Source: Octopus vulgaris (Eukaryota). From it: a stretch of DNA of 64,000 bases. Under the pieces are notes generated by a model. The model was not told the origin of the DNA and made no database searches. It saw only the letters and a list, made by a program, of their open reading frames with translations. Below are positions 1 through 11,329 of this stretch, piece by piece (positions within the stretch are counted from its first letter, which is position 1; each line of letters opens with the position of its first letter). The position numbers and the translations under genes were made by a program. The DNA lies in contig OX597814.1 in the NCBI GenBank assembly GCA_951406725.2, positions 185,256,001 to 185,320,000 on the forward strand, read 5' to 3'.

Positions 1-80
1 GTGTGTTCGTGTGGGTGTGTGTGCGTGTGTGTGTGCGTAAACGCGCGCGCGTATGTATGTATAGATAGATACATACATAT

Positions 81-111
<31 letters not shown>

Positions 112-112
112 C

Positions 113-168
<56 letters not shown>

Positions 169-183
169 ATGTACATGTATATG

Positions 184-230
<47 letters not shown>

Positions 231-253
231 GTACATATATATATCTGTATATA

Positions 254-294
<41 letters not shown>

Positions 295-296
295 AT
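1..296. repeat. Compound (GT)n/(CATA)n/(TA)n microsatellite
   Basis: Direct reading; dozens of similar arrays occur across the window. Confidence 0.95.
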
Positions 297-978
297 AAGG
301 GTGCATTGCAGGAATTTTCTTCTGAAGTGAAATTTATTAATTTCAGAGAAATATAAAACTCTAATTCTCTTCAAAGTCGATTAAACCGAGTTCAATGCAC
401 TTCTTGAAACACTCTAGTTACTTTGTGAAGGCTCCTTAGAAGTCCTCCCATGTGAACGTGTCCAATCCCGTTGTGATAGGCTTTTTTCATCTTCAACATG
501 GGTGCTCCTGAAGTTTGCCTTCAGCTTGTGGAACAACCAAAATCATAGGGGGTAAGATGTGAACCATAGACAAGGGAGGGACAGTTTGATGACCATCTCC
601 CTCAAGTAGTAGATTACCAGCATGCTCATCACTGAGTACCCTGGGGACAAACTTGGAATATGTTTTGCGCATGTTCAAATCTTTATGAATAATTCTGTGT
701 ACAGTTGCCACACAAACACCAAACTATGTTTGTTGCCTTTATAGACACACAACAGTTTTCATCCTGAAAACTGCAAATTTCCTGATGTTCTGACGTGTCT
801 CTTATTCCCACATTTTTCATGATCGCGTATCTCCTTTCTACTGTCTTCAAAACTCCTGTGCTAGCGAAGAAATTTATCCATAGGCAGTTTCAGCAGAGTT
901 TTTGCCCAGTTCAACACAAAATTGCATTGGATAGCTAGCTTCGAACGTCCCCAAAACTTTCTGTAATTAGTCACCTAT
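297..978 (-). mobile_element. Decayed mariner transposon remnant
   Basis: Minus strand gives ATVHRIIHKDLNMRKTYSKFVPRVLSDE (HTH end plus WVPRxL-like motif) and a degenerate HPPYSPDL region; frameshifted and deleted. Confidence 0.75.
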
Positions 979-1029
979 GACAAGCAGTGTTTAGTAGAGT
1001 ACGCTCAAAAAAGAAACACCCTCCATCTC

Positions 1030-1650
1030 TTGCGTCTGGTCTTGCCGCAGCGAAGAGGCTTGCGTGTTCCGGAGATCCCAAAGGGTGTTACCATCTGAAG
1101 CTTTGCTCCTGGTAAGACCAACCTAGGCGAGCCGATCTTCCGAAGAGGTTCCAGACTAACGGTGACCCGCGACATGTCGACGCGTCGGTACATCAGCTTG
1201 TCGTCAAGATGGCAACCCCAAAAGGCGGTGAGCTGGCGGAAACGTTTGCACACCGGGCGAAATGCTTAGCGGTATTTCGTCTGCCGCTACATTCTGAGTT
1301 CAAATTCCGCCGAGGTCGACTTTGCCTTTCATCCTTTCGGGGTCGATAAATTAATTACCAGTTACGCATTGGCATTGATGTAATCGACTTAATCCCTTTT
1401 TTTCTGTCCTTGTTTGTCCCCTCTGTGCTTAGCCCCTTGTGGGCAATGAAGAAATAAGATGGCAACCCAATTATCCGACTATTTTACGGGGGCCAGCAAA
1501 CCACCCAGAAAAATCCGCAACCTGTTACGACACCGACCGGAAGAAACGGGACTGCCCAACATCTGAACGGACCACAGGAAACCTCCGACCAACGAGAATT
1601 CAGAGGGACTCACATGGGACCGCTAATGGCTGTACATTCGATGACGCCTA

Positions 1651-1681
<31 letters not shown>

Positions 1682-1740
1682 AAGAAGAAGAAGAAGAAGA
1701 ACAACAAGAAGAACAACAACAACAACAACAACAACAACGA
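1030..1740 (+). mobile_element. Internally deleted RTE-clade LINE (5' UTR joined to 3' end) with (AAG)n/(AAC)n tail, interrupted by a SINE
   Basis: 5' part CTTGCCGCAGCGAAGAGGCTTGCGTG...GCTTTGCTCCTGGTAAG...GAGGTTCCAGAC resembles RTE 5' UTRs; 3' part encodes WQP...RGP...ETGLP-like C-terminal residues before the triplet tail. Confidence 0.55.
1222..1455 (+). mobile_element. SINE family B (tRNA head, Meta-like core), full length with TSD
   Basis: GGCGGTGAGCTGGC head, GAGTTCAAATTCC B-box, core GCCTTTCATCCTTTCGGGGTCGATAAA; TSD AAGATGGCAACCC at 1206-1218 and 1456-1468. Confidence 0.9.
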
Positions 1741-2054
1741 CGACGGCGACGATGATGACAAGTGCTGTTATAGCTGTTTTCTTTAATCTGGAATTTTAAA
1801 AAAATGTTGTTCGGTCAGCTTATTTAGATGTAGAGTTCTGATATATACTGAACTTAGAATAATCTAGAAGAGATATAACTACCTCTCGTAAACAAAGTCT
1901 GAAAACTTCTGGAAAGCACCTCGTCTTCGTGCGCGCGCGCGCGTGTGTGTATGGGTGTGTGTGTGTGTGTGCGTGCGTGCGTGCATATATACATACACAT
2001 ACGCATAAACGTATACTGACGGAATTCAGAAGAGTTAACGTAATCTCTTAAGCA

Positions 2055-2302
2055 GGAATTAAATCTGCAGCCCAGTCGATCATTATATATTCCCATCTAC
2101 CAATTCTTACCTGTACACATGAGAGCTTTTAAGCGTTAGCTATCTAACAAATTAATATTGATTTCACCACGATTTTCCGAAGTCAAAAACCATTTGCTTG
2201 TTACAGAAATTAATAGGTCACAAGTGGTTTTTCGCATTTTATCGCTTCATCCCAGTCCACACAGTTACTAGCACATACACATTTATTACGACTGCATCTC
2301 TA
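2055..2302 (+). repeat. Dispersed repeat, copy 1 (inverted copy at 11061-11291)
   Basis: ~245 bp alignable by eye with the reverse complement of 11061-11291 (e.g. TTTCACCACGATTTTCC, CATTTTATCGCTTCATCCCAG). Confidence 0.8.
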
Positions 2303-2422
2303 GTCCACAAAAAAAAAAAGATATTCAGAGACATCTACAGCAATTTATCACAATACCACCATAAAAGCGATGACTTTTATTTCCTCCAGACAAATATGAA
2401 AAAAAATATAATGTATAAGCCT

Positions 2423-2953
2423 AGGTATGGCTGTCTAGTACTACGGTAAGAAGTTCGCTTCACAACCACACTGTTCCTGGTTCAGTCCCACTGCGTTATT
2501 CCTTAGGCAAGTGCCTCCTTCTATTTCCCGAGCTAATCAAGGCCATGTGAGTGGATTTAGTAGTCGGAAAATGAAAGACGCCCGTCATATTTCTACATAC
2601 AGTCGCAGGTGTAGTTCTACGGTAAGAAGCTTGCATCCCAAATACACGGTTCCTGGTTCAGTCCCACTACGTGATTCCTTAAGCAAGTGTCTCCTACTTA
2701 TCTCTCGAGCTGATCAAGGCCATGTGAGTGGATTTGGTAGTCGGAAAATGAAAGACGCCCGTCATATTTCTATATACAGGCGCAGGTGTATTTCTACGGT
2801 AAGAAGCTTGCTTTCCAATCACACGGTTCCTGGTTCAGTTCCACTTCATGATTTCTTAAGCAAGTGTCTCCTTCTCTCTCTCGAGCTGATCAAGGTCATG
2901 TGAGTGGATTTGGTAGTCGAAAAATGAAAGACGCCCGTCATATTTCTACATAT
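2423..2953 (+). repeat. Three tandem ~177 bp copies of the SINE A 5' half
   Basis: Units at ~2423, 2601 and 2778, each with GGTTCAGT(C/T)CCACT and GAAAATGAAAGACGCCCGTCATATTTCTA. Confidence 0.9.
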
Positions 2954-3139
2954 AGGCGCAGGAGTAGTTCTACGCTAAGAAGCTTGCTTCCCAACAATAT
3001 GGTTCCAGGTACAGACCCACGGCGTGGCAGTTTGGAGCAGTATCTTCTACTATAGCTTCCGGCCGACCAAAGAGTTCTGAGTAGATTTGGTAGACGGAAA
3101 CTGAAAGATGCCCGTTGAAAGATGCCCGTGTGTATGTGC

Positions 3140-3191
<52 letters not shown>

Positions 3192-3407
3192 CATTGTGTC
3201 TGGGCTTGTCCCCATCACCGCTTGACGACTGGTGTTGGTGTGTTTACGTCCCCGTAACTTAACGGTTCGACAAAAGATACTGATAGAATAAGTACTAGGC
3301 TTAAAAATAATAAGTCCTGGGGACGATTTACGCGACTAAGACCCTCCAAGGCGGTGCTCCAGCATGGTCGCAGTCAAATGACTGAACCTAGTGACAGAAT
3401 AAAAGAG
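2954..3407 (+). mobile_element. SINE family A (tRNA head, internal GT/TA microsatellite)
   Basis: GGCGCAGGAG head, GTAGACGGAAACTGAAAGA, GGCGGTGCTCCAGCATGG tail. Confidence 0.9.
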
Positions 3408-3454
3408 TACATATATATATATATATATATATACACACGCATATCCCTATACCT

Positions 3455-3519
<65 letters not shown>

Positions 3520-3522
<3 letters not shown>

Positions 3523-3715
3523 CCACTACCGCTTCATAATCGCTGCTTGTTTGTTTACTTGATCGTAACTTAACGGTTCGGTGCAAGGAACCGATAGAAT
3601 AAGTTCCAGGACTTAAAAATAAATAAGTCCAAGGGCCAATTCATTCGACTAAAACCCCTCAGTACAGTGCCCCAGTATGGCCGCAGTCCAGTGACTGAAA
3701 CAAGTAAAAGATAAA
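3520..3715 (+). mobile_element. SINE A 3' half
   Basis: CGTAACTTAACGGTTCGG...CCGCAGTCCAGTGACTGAAACAAGTAAAAGA. Confidence 0.8.
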
Positions 3716-3870
3716 AAAAACACAAAAGGACACACAAATGTGAATGGGTGAAGTACAATTTGTTTCGATGATCACTTATAATCGTGTGAGAGATGAGATT
3801 ATTGGTTATAAAGTGGATAAGGATCAACAGCAAGGAAGAGGGTGCTGACTGATAATCTATGGTTATCATA

Positions 3871-4086
3871 TTCTTTTATTCTTTTACTTGTTTCAGTCAT
3901 TTGACTGCGGTCATGCTGGAGCTCCGCCTTTAGTCAAGCAAATCGACCCCAGAGCTTATTCTTTGTAAGCCTAGTACTTATTCTATCGGTGTCTTTTGTC
4001 GAACCACTAAGTTACGGGGACATTAACACACCAGCATCGGTTGTCAAGCGGTGTTGGGGGACAAACACAGACACACAAACACACAG

Positions 4087-4133
<47 letters not shown>

Positions 4134-4316
4134 TATATATATACATATATACGACGAGCTTCTTTCAGTTTCCGTCTACCAAATCCACTCACAAGGTTTT
4201 GTTCGGCCCGAGGCTATAGTAGAAGACACTTGCCTAAAGTGTCGCACAGTGGGACTGAACCCATGACCATGTGGTTGGTAAGCAAGCTACTCACCACACA
4301 GCCACTCCTGCGCCTA
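3871..4316 (-). mobile_element. SINE A, full length
   Basis: Reverse complement of family A head, body and tail. Confidence 0.92.
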
Positions 4317-4439
4317 TGAATTATGATTAATAAGTTTGATTAACAACCACATGAGTATAGATTTAATTACACGCCATGACATTGTGATTTTACTTTAACC
4401 ACTGATATATACACATTCTATGAAAAACATTGGGTAAAC

Positions 4440-4700
4440 GGAATCGTTAGGTCGCCAAGCAAAATGCTTAGCGGCATTTCGTCCGTCCCTACGTTCTGAG
4501 TTCAAATGCTGCGGCGTTTGACTGTGCATTTCATCTTTCGGGATCGATAATATAAGTACCAGCTGAGTACTGGGGTCGATGTAATCGCCTTACCTTCTCC
4601 CCCTTAATTCCTGGACTTGTGCCAAAATTTGAAACCAATATCTTGACTTACTCCCTTACCACCGAAATTGCTGGCCTTGTGCCAAAATTTGGAACCGATA
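4440..4700 (+). mobile_element. SINE B, diverged, duplicated tail
   Basis: GAATCGTTAG...TTCTGAGTTCAAAT...AAGTACCAG; CTTGTGCCAAAATTTG occurs twice. Confidence 0.8.
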
Positions 4701-5401
4701 TCTTGAGGTGGTGTTTGCTACTTCAGCGACCTATGACACCCTTCCATGTTTTAAAAATAGCGCTAATTATTAAGGTGAGTTGTTAATTATAAGCAAAGTG
4801 CTTATAATTGGTTTTCTATTGGTGAGAACATTGTTTTGGCGCGTGTCACTAGAAAAACATGACGTCTAATGACGTCACTAGACATACTGAATCTCTAATC
4901 GAATAGTCACTCTAGAGCTGGTTTGAATTTGAATCTAGTTGTTATACTGTAGGTTTCAACTTCTATCACGTTGTTGTTTTCTTCTAGTTGTACAGGTAGT
5001 GTTAACCTGGGACAAAGGAACTTAAATATGGTCACGGGAAGATGTACTGCATGGACTACGTACGATTAAAAAAAAAGAAAATTACGATTCACTGAGATTT
5101 TTTTTTTCTACTGAAAAAAGTGAAAACACATAAGCGTCGTTCGAAAATCAAGGGAGATAATTTCAAGAAATTAAGAGTTCGTAGTGGTGGTGGCGGCGGT
5201 AGCGGCGATAGTGATGATGATGATGATGATGGTGATGATGGTGGTGGTGGTGGTGGTGATGATGAAGACTACAATAATGTAGGTGAAGATGAAGATGATG
5301 GTGGTGGTGGTGGTGGTGACAGTGGCGGCGGCGAGGAGGAGGAGGAGAAGGAGGAGAAGGAGAAGAAGGAAATTAAGAGTTCGTAGTGGTGGTGGTGGCA
5401 G

Positions 5402-5437
<36 letters not shown>

Positions 5438-5756
5438 CGATGATAATGATGATGATGTTCCATTCATACTGAATTAAGAGGGGAAAAACAAGGGAGAAAT
5501 AAAGATAGTAAAAAAGAAAAGGATTTGGTTTACAGTTTCTCTGATCCTCTTTCCTTCGTGTGAAGGAACTTTCGGTTGTAACGGTGTGTTTTGGAATCCG
5601 GTGTATTTATAATTTTTTTCCGCGAATGGATCTGATTTTTGATTCGTTTGGCTTTCGTAGATACGAAACTTTTGGTAACTCTATGACCAGAATTTAACTT
5701 TTTTTTAAAAATAATTACTGCTCTTTTCTTGTGAGTGAGCTTCTTTTCTGATATAT

Positions 5757-5866
5757 ATGACGGGATTCTTTCAGTTTCCGTCTACCGTGGTGCCACACAG
5801 TGGGACTGAACCTGGAACTATGTGGGTGGGAAGCAAGCTTTTTGCCACACAACCACGCTTGTGTCT
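5757..5866 (-). mobile_element. SINE A head with internal deletion
   Basis: CAGTGGGACTGAACC and TTCTTTCAGTTTCCGTCTACC. Confidence 0.8.
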
Positions 5867-5987
5867 ATATATATATATATGCATGTATGTATGTATGTAT
5901 GTATGTATGTATGTATGCATGTATGTATGTGTATGTGTAAGTATGTGTGTATATATATATGTATGTATGTCCGTGTGCCTACATATA

Positions 5988-6049
<62 letters not shown>

Positions 6050-6054
6050 GGCCA

Positions 6055-6632
6055 CTTGTCCTAAGCCACTTTGACTATTGCTCTCAGCTATGTCACCAGC
6101 CAGTGTCAAATTAATCTCAGAATATAAGCTATTGGGAAAAACTCAAGAGATTAAGACTCTATTCCTTAGAGCGTAGGCGAGAAAGATATGCCATAATATA
6201 CATCTGGAAGATCCTTGAAGGACTTGTCCCGAACTTTGGCATCGAGAGTTACACAAATTCTAGAACTGGGCGCCACTGCGTAGTGCCAAGGACTCCAAAT
6301 TTACCATCAAGATGTAGGACAAGATACAGTGATAGCCTGGGCTTCAGAGGTCCACAGCTCTTCAATATCCTCCCGAAGGACCTGAGAGACCTGCATGGCG
6401 TGGATGCAGATGTCTTCAAAATAAAGCTGGACCTCTTCCTGTCAGGTGTCCCAGATGAACCAACTTCACGGCAGGTGTAGATGAGGGCAGCTGCATCAAA
6501 CTCTCTCGTGCACCAAATGTCAATTGCCAAAAAATATTCGTGAAGTAAAATCATCTAGCAACACCAAATGGCGGTGCCCCAGCATGGCCACAGGTCGTGA
6601 GCCGAAACTAGATGAAATGAAATGAAAAAATG
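6055..6632 (+). mobile_element. 3' fragment of a CR1/L2-like LINE (ORF2 C-terminus and 3' UTR)
   Basis: [12 protein letters not shown], then [35 protein letters not shown]...GPQLFNILPKDLR...FKIKLDLFLSGVPDEP; (GAAAT)n tail. Confidence 0.85.
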
Positions 6633-8474
6633 AAATATATATATATATATGTATGTATGTATGTATTTATTATGTATGCAACTTTATAGATAGATAGAGA
6701 GAGAGAGAGATTCGTGTACGCATGCAAATGTATATGTGATATATGTGCATATGTGTGTGTGAGTGAGTGTGTGTGTTGGCGTGTGTGTGTGCATGTGTGT
6801 GTAATTTTATTTCATTTTAGTTGTTTACTTAAATTTCTTTTTTTCCTTTGTTATTTTTTTGTTATTTACTTTCTTAGTTTTGCTTTGGAAGTCTAATCAA
6901 TATTTGTGAACAGATAAAAATTGATTATAAGCTGATCACTTAGTGTGTGCTACATCTACGCTTCTCGGCTTACTGTCAAAACATTCATCGCCCATCAACG
7001 ATCATGCAAACTTCTAGAAAAACTACAGGGATTTACTTAGCCTTCTTCGTCATGCAATCCTGTAGACTATATTTAGTTTTTCCCTTCAGTTTCAGCTTCC
7101 ACAATCTCTCTCAGTCCAGTGTATAAAGCAAAGATAAATGGATTTTTATTTCTAGCAGGCGCTCAACATTCTAGAATCTTTTCTTCAGTTATGTGTTGTA
7201 TGTGTTGTTATTTGTAAGCGTGTATGCAAGTGTTTATGATTGCACGCATTTACGTTTGAAAATTCGTTCTCGAATATAAGTTCATATGAGTATATATATA
7301 TATATATATAAATGTATATATGTGTATATATATATATATAAAAATGTATATATATGTATATATATATATACATACATATATATATAGAGAGAGAGAGAGA
7401 GTGAGAGAGAGATAGAGACACTTACATATATAAATATATATATATATATACTGTATATATATACATTATATATATATGAATATGTATATATGAATATATA
7501 TATATATGTATATACATATACATAAATATTTATGTATGTGTACATATATATATATATATGAATATGCAAATATGAATGTATATATATATCAGCATACACT
7601 CACCTACATATAAAAAATATAACAATATTTGTATGCATCATGTGTGTGTATGTGTTTGTGTGGGTGTGTGTATACGTGTGTGTGTGTGTGGTTATACATA
7701 TGTATATGCGTATATATGAATATATTTACATGCGAGTGTATACTCGAGGTAATATGTAGAGAAAGAAAGAAAGCGAGTAATAAAAGACGCCTTGTTGATG
7801 CAATTCACTTAGACATTTTCTTCTTTCTAAACAAGGTTTTAAGATCCAAAATGAAAGTGCTGTACAAGGGAAACAAAGAAACAAAATGGTGAACAATGGA
7901 AGGCAGATTTGAAGAGATAAAAAGAAAAGGAAATGTTAAAAGAAAGAAGTAAATACGGAAAGAAAAATATAATCGCAATACGATAAGCGTAATGCTTTCT
8001 TTCATATAGCCAGAAGAGCGATGGATGAAGAGTTATTACACTGAGAGATTATAAAAAGTGTGGTATTTTATATGGAAGTTGAATGAAGAATGACAGTACA
8101 CGACGTATACATATATATGCGGAAACCTCAAGGGAAGAATCGCTAGTAAGGGGTCAATCAAGGAAGGACCATGGGTCTAGGATTATCCTGATTTATAAAA
8201 AAAGTATCATCTCCCCCTTGTGCTCTCTGGCTTTGAGTTGCTTGCTGACAGTATATAGTGATGTGATGTACTGCGATTACGATTTTCTTCCACTCTTCAA
8301 CAAACTTACTTCAGGACAGTCCCTGTCTCACCATTCTCAACTCCTCCAGGTGGAAAATTAAAGTTGATCGAGGCTTAGTGGGAAATGAAAGAATCTGTCA
8401 TCATAGAAATAAAACTGTTTACTCATGTGATTTAACGTGTCTGTGTGTTTGTGTAGGCATAGATAAGTGTGTAT

Positions 8475-8733
8475 AATATATGTTTTTATGTACTACTACT
8501 AATTTCATGTACTGAGAGTATGCCAAGTAGTATTTTTAACATGTCTGGTGCCCTAGCACAATCATCAGGCACTACCCACATGGTACAACTAACATTTTTA
8601 GTCTATTTTTAGTTCGTTATGCCATGTGAGTTGTGCCTGATGATTGTGTTAGGACACCAGATATGTTTAAAAAATTACTGTTTGGTATGCTCTCAGCACA
8701 TGAAACTAATAGTAGCACGTGGAAACATATATT
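8475..8733. repeat. ~260 bp fold-back (long inverted repeat)
   Basis: Arms of ~115 bp are reverse complements, differing mostly by transitions; each arm carries CCTGATGATTGTG. Confidence 0.9.
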
Positions 8734-10104
8734 GGGTTTATAAACCAATAGTTATCTCTCAGCAGATGGAATCCTTTTTATGTTAATCTCGCCATTACGG
8801 AACAGTACAGTACACTATGTGTGTGTGTGAGTACATGTATGTACATACGTATGCATGTATGTATGTATGTATGTATGTATGTATGTATGTATGTATGTAT
8901 GTACCCATACATATAGATTCACAAGCATTTACTACGTAACTCATATTACGAGTAATTTCAAGATTCTTTAAAACCAAACAAGTAGATTGGCTTCCTTTCC
9001 ATCAGACTTCACTTACTTGTACATCTAGTTCCCTCGTTTGTGTGGCATCGTGTACAAGTCGGCAAAGTCCAGGTAAAATTAGCTCAATCACTCTGTGTGC
9101 ACATTTTGAGTGTGCCACGTGTATAAGCCAGTCAAGTCTGGTGAAAATATACTCTACTACCTTTTGTGATACAAATGAACTTTGAAAATGATAGTAAGAT
9201 GAGTTAAGTGTTCTGAATTTCTAAAAATATATAAATTTACTTTATACTCACTATATTTGGTGCTTTTCATATGAAACTTGTTTGATGATTATGTGTGTTT
9301 CTTTATTGATACATACTATTTCTGTTTTGGGTCATTTAGTCTTCCTTTGGTTCTCTTTTTCTTCCGTTAACATGGTCCTTCTGATTTTGTTAGTGTGTAT
9401 GTGTGTGATTTTATGATTCTTTTTGTGTTTTTGTGTTTACTTTACGACTTCTGCCCAATTTAGTCGAATACATTGATGTACGGGATTTCCTAATGATACG
9501 AAACATTTATAGTTATTGTTGTTTGAATCCAAGCGAATCTTGATTGAGCAAACCTATGACAAAAGCATTCTAGCTGAGGTCATCTGTCCTTTATGTATAT
9601 CAGAGACAACATCCTTTAATGTATCCTTCCTTTATTAAACCGGTATAGTATTTTATGAGGAAGCATTAGATGCTATAACTAGCAAACCGTGAAATGTCTT
9701 CTTTTATTGTTGCTTAACCCTAGGTTAGCCTTGAACGAACAAACCATAATTTCTTTTTAAGAATTAGCGACATTTTATTACGTGTCAGCTTTTTCTGAGG
9801 TAGTAGTGTGTGTAATTTCAGAGAGGTATATTGTCAGTTGGGGGTAATTCTGGTTTTCATAATTTATAACCGTTGTTGCTATTGGCTATTAGCACGTAAA
9901 TAAATACATACACGCATAAATATACTAAGATGTATGCATAAATACATTAGTACACACAGTACTTTATACCAAAAATTAGAAATGATATAGAAAATATTCA
10001 TCTAGAAATCCGCACTAGTTTCAACTGATTAAAAATTAGTTATTGCCTTTAGATGTAAACAGTAACCTCATAATATACGGAGACTTCTCTATCAATCTAG
10101 CTGG

Positions 10105-10182
<78 letters not shown>

Positions 10183-10215
10183 GTCTATTTATTTATCTAT
10201 CTATCAATATATATA

Positions 10216-10274
<59 letters not shown>

Positions 10275-10417
10275 ATATATATACAGTGTTCATTAAAAGA
10301 CATAAGAGGCATCCATCATAGGACTCCTTGCACGCTAGAAAGAACAGTTAAATTCCAAACCACTATTAGGGATAAAACTTCGAAGGGAATGAAAAATAAA
10401 AACTTTTACCATCTAAC

Positions 10418-10486
10418 CCTGGACCATGGTTTCAGATTTATTTTAGCAAATAAAATAATTAGATAGGCGAAGTCTTCTTCAGCAGA
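10418..10486 (-). ncRNA. Minimal type-I hammerhead ribozyme motif
   Basis: Minus: TCTG-CTGAAGA-AGA..TTATTTTA/TAAAATAA..TCT-GAAA-CCATGG-TC-CAGG; palindromic stem III ACCATGGT, GUC cleavage triplet. Confidence 0.75.
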
Positions 10487-10666
10487 TACACCTAGATTAA
10501 ACACATATGCATGAGGCAATCCAGTATATGCCCCGTGCTTATACATTCTAATTATTCAAATCTACTGCGCAAGCACAGCTCCTTGTCGGCAGTAAATAAA
10601 AACGCCGGCCTTTCAATTTGAAAATTATCCAGAAAAATTAACAATAATTAATAATTAATAATATTA

Positions 10667-10698
<32 letters not shown>

Positions 10699-11060
10699 CT
10701 GCCTGTCTATTTATCAACCTCCTATCTATCTATCTGTCTATCTATCTATCAATTTACCTCTGGAAGGACAGACAACATCTTTTGTCGTTGGATATAATGT
10801 AACTGCGCATATATACGGCAAAAATAAAATCCAGTATCTTTTGTTAGACTTCTGCATAAAATTGTCGTTTATCAAACGCTAATAACTAACCAGCATAGAT
10901 CAAGTCATCTCATAGAAGATGCAGAATGTCATCTTCAACGCAAAAGATATGACGCTAATCTTAACTACTGGCATTGATCATATTATCGTCAGATGTTGCA
11001 CATTACAATTGTGCTTTATCTGTAGCTGTACTTCCAAACAAGCAGAAGAACAACTCTTCT

Positions 11061-11291
11061 TAGAGATGCGAATATAGTAAATGTGTTGCGTGTCAGTAAC
11101 TGTGTGGGCTGGGATGAAGCGATAAAATGTGAATACCACTTGTAACCTATTAATTTCTGCAAACAAGCAAATGTTTTTTGACTTTGGAAAATCGTGGTGA
11201 AACCAATTTTAATTTGTTATATTGGTACGTTTGAAAGCTCTCATGTGTACAGCTAAGGATTGAGAATATAAAATGCTGCAGATTTAATTCC
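11061..11291 (-). repeat. Dispersed repeat, copy 2 (see 2055-2302)
   Basis: Reverse complement of 2055-2302. Confidence 0.8.
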
Positions 11292-11329
11292 ATTGAAATA
11301 CTAAGCTACTTCATTTCTCCAAATCAACA

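Noticed and set aside
2423-2953. Regularly spaced repeats as a possible CRISPR array (also 12320-12761)
   Set aside because: Whole units repeat without unique spacers; eukaryotic context and no cas genes.
10010-10075. GAAACTAGTG half-motif on the minus strand (similar halves near 23875 and 35215)
   Set aside because: Only one half of the core is present; too decayed to call.
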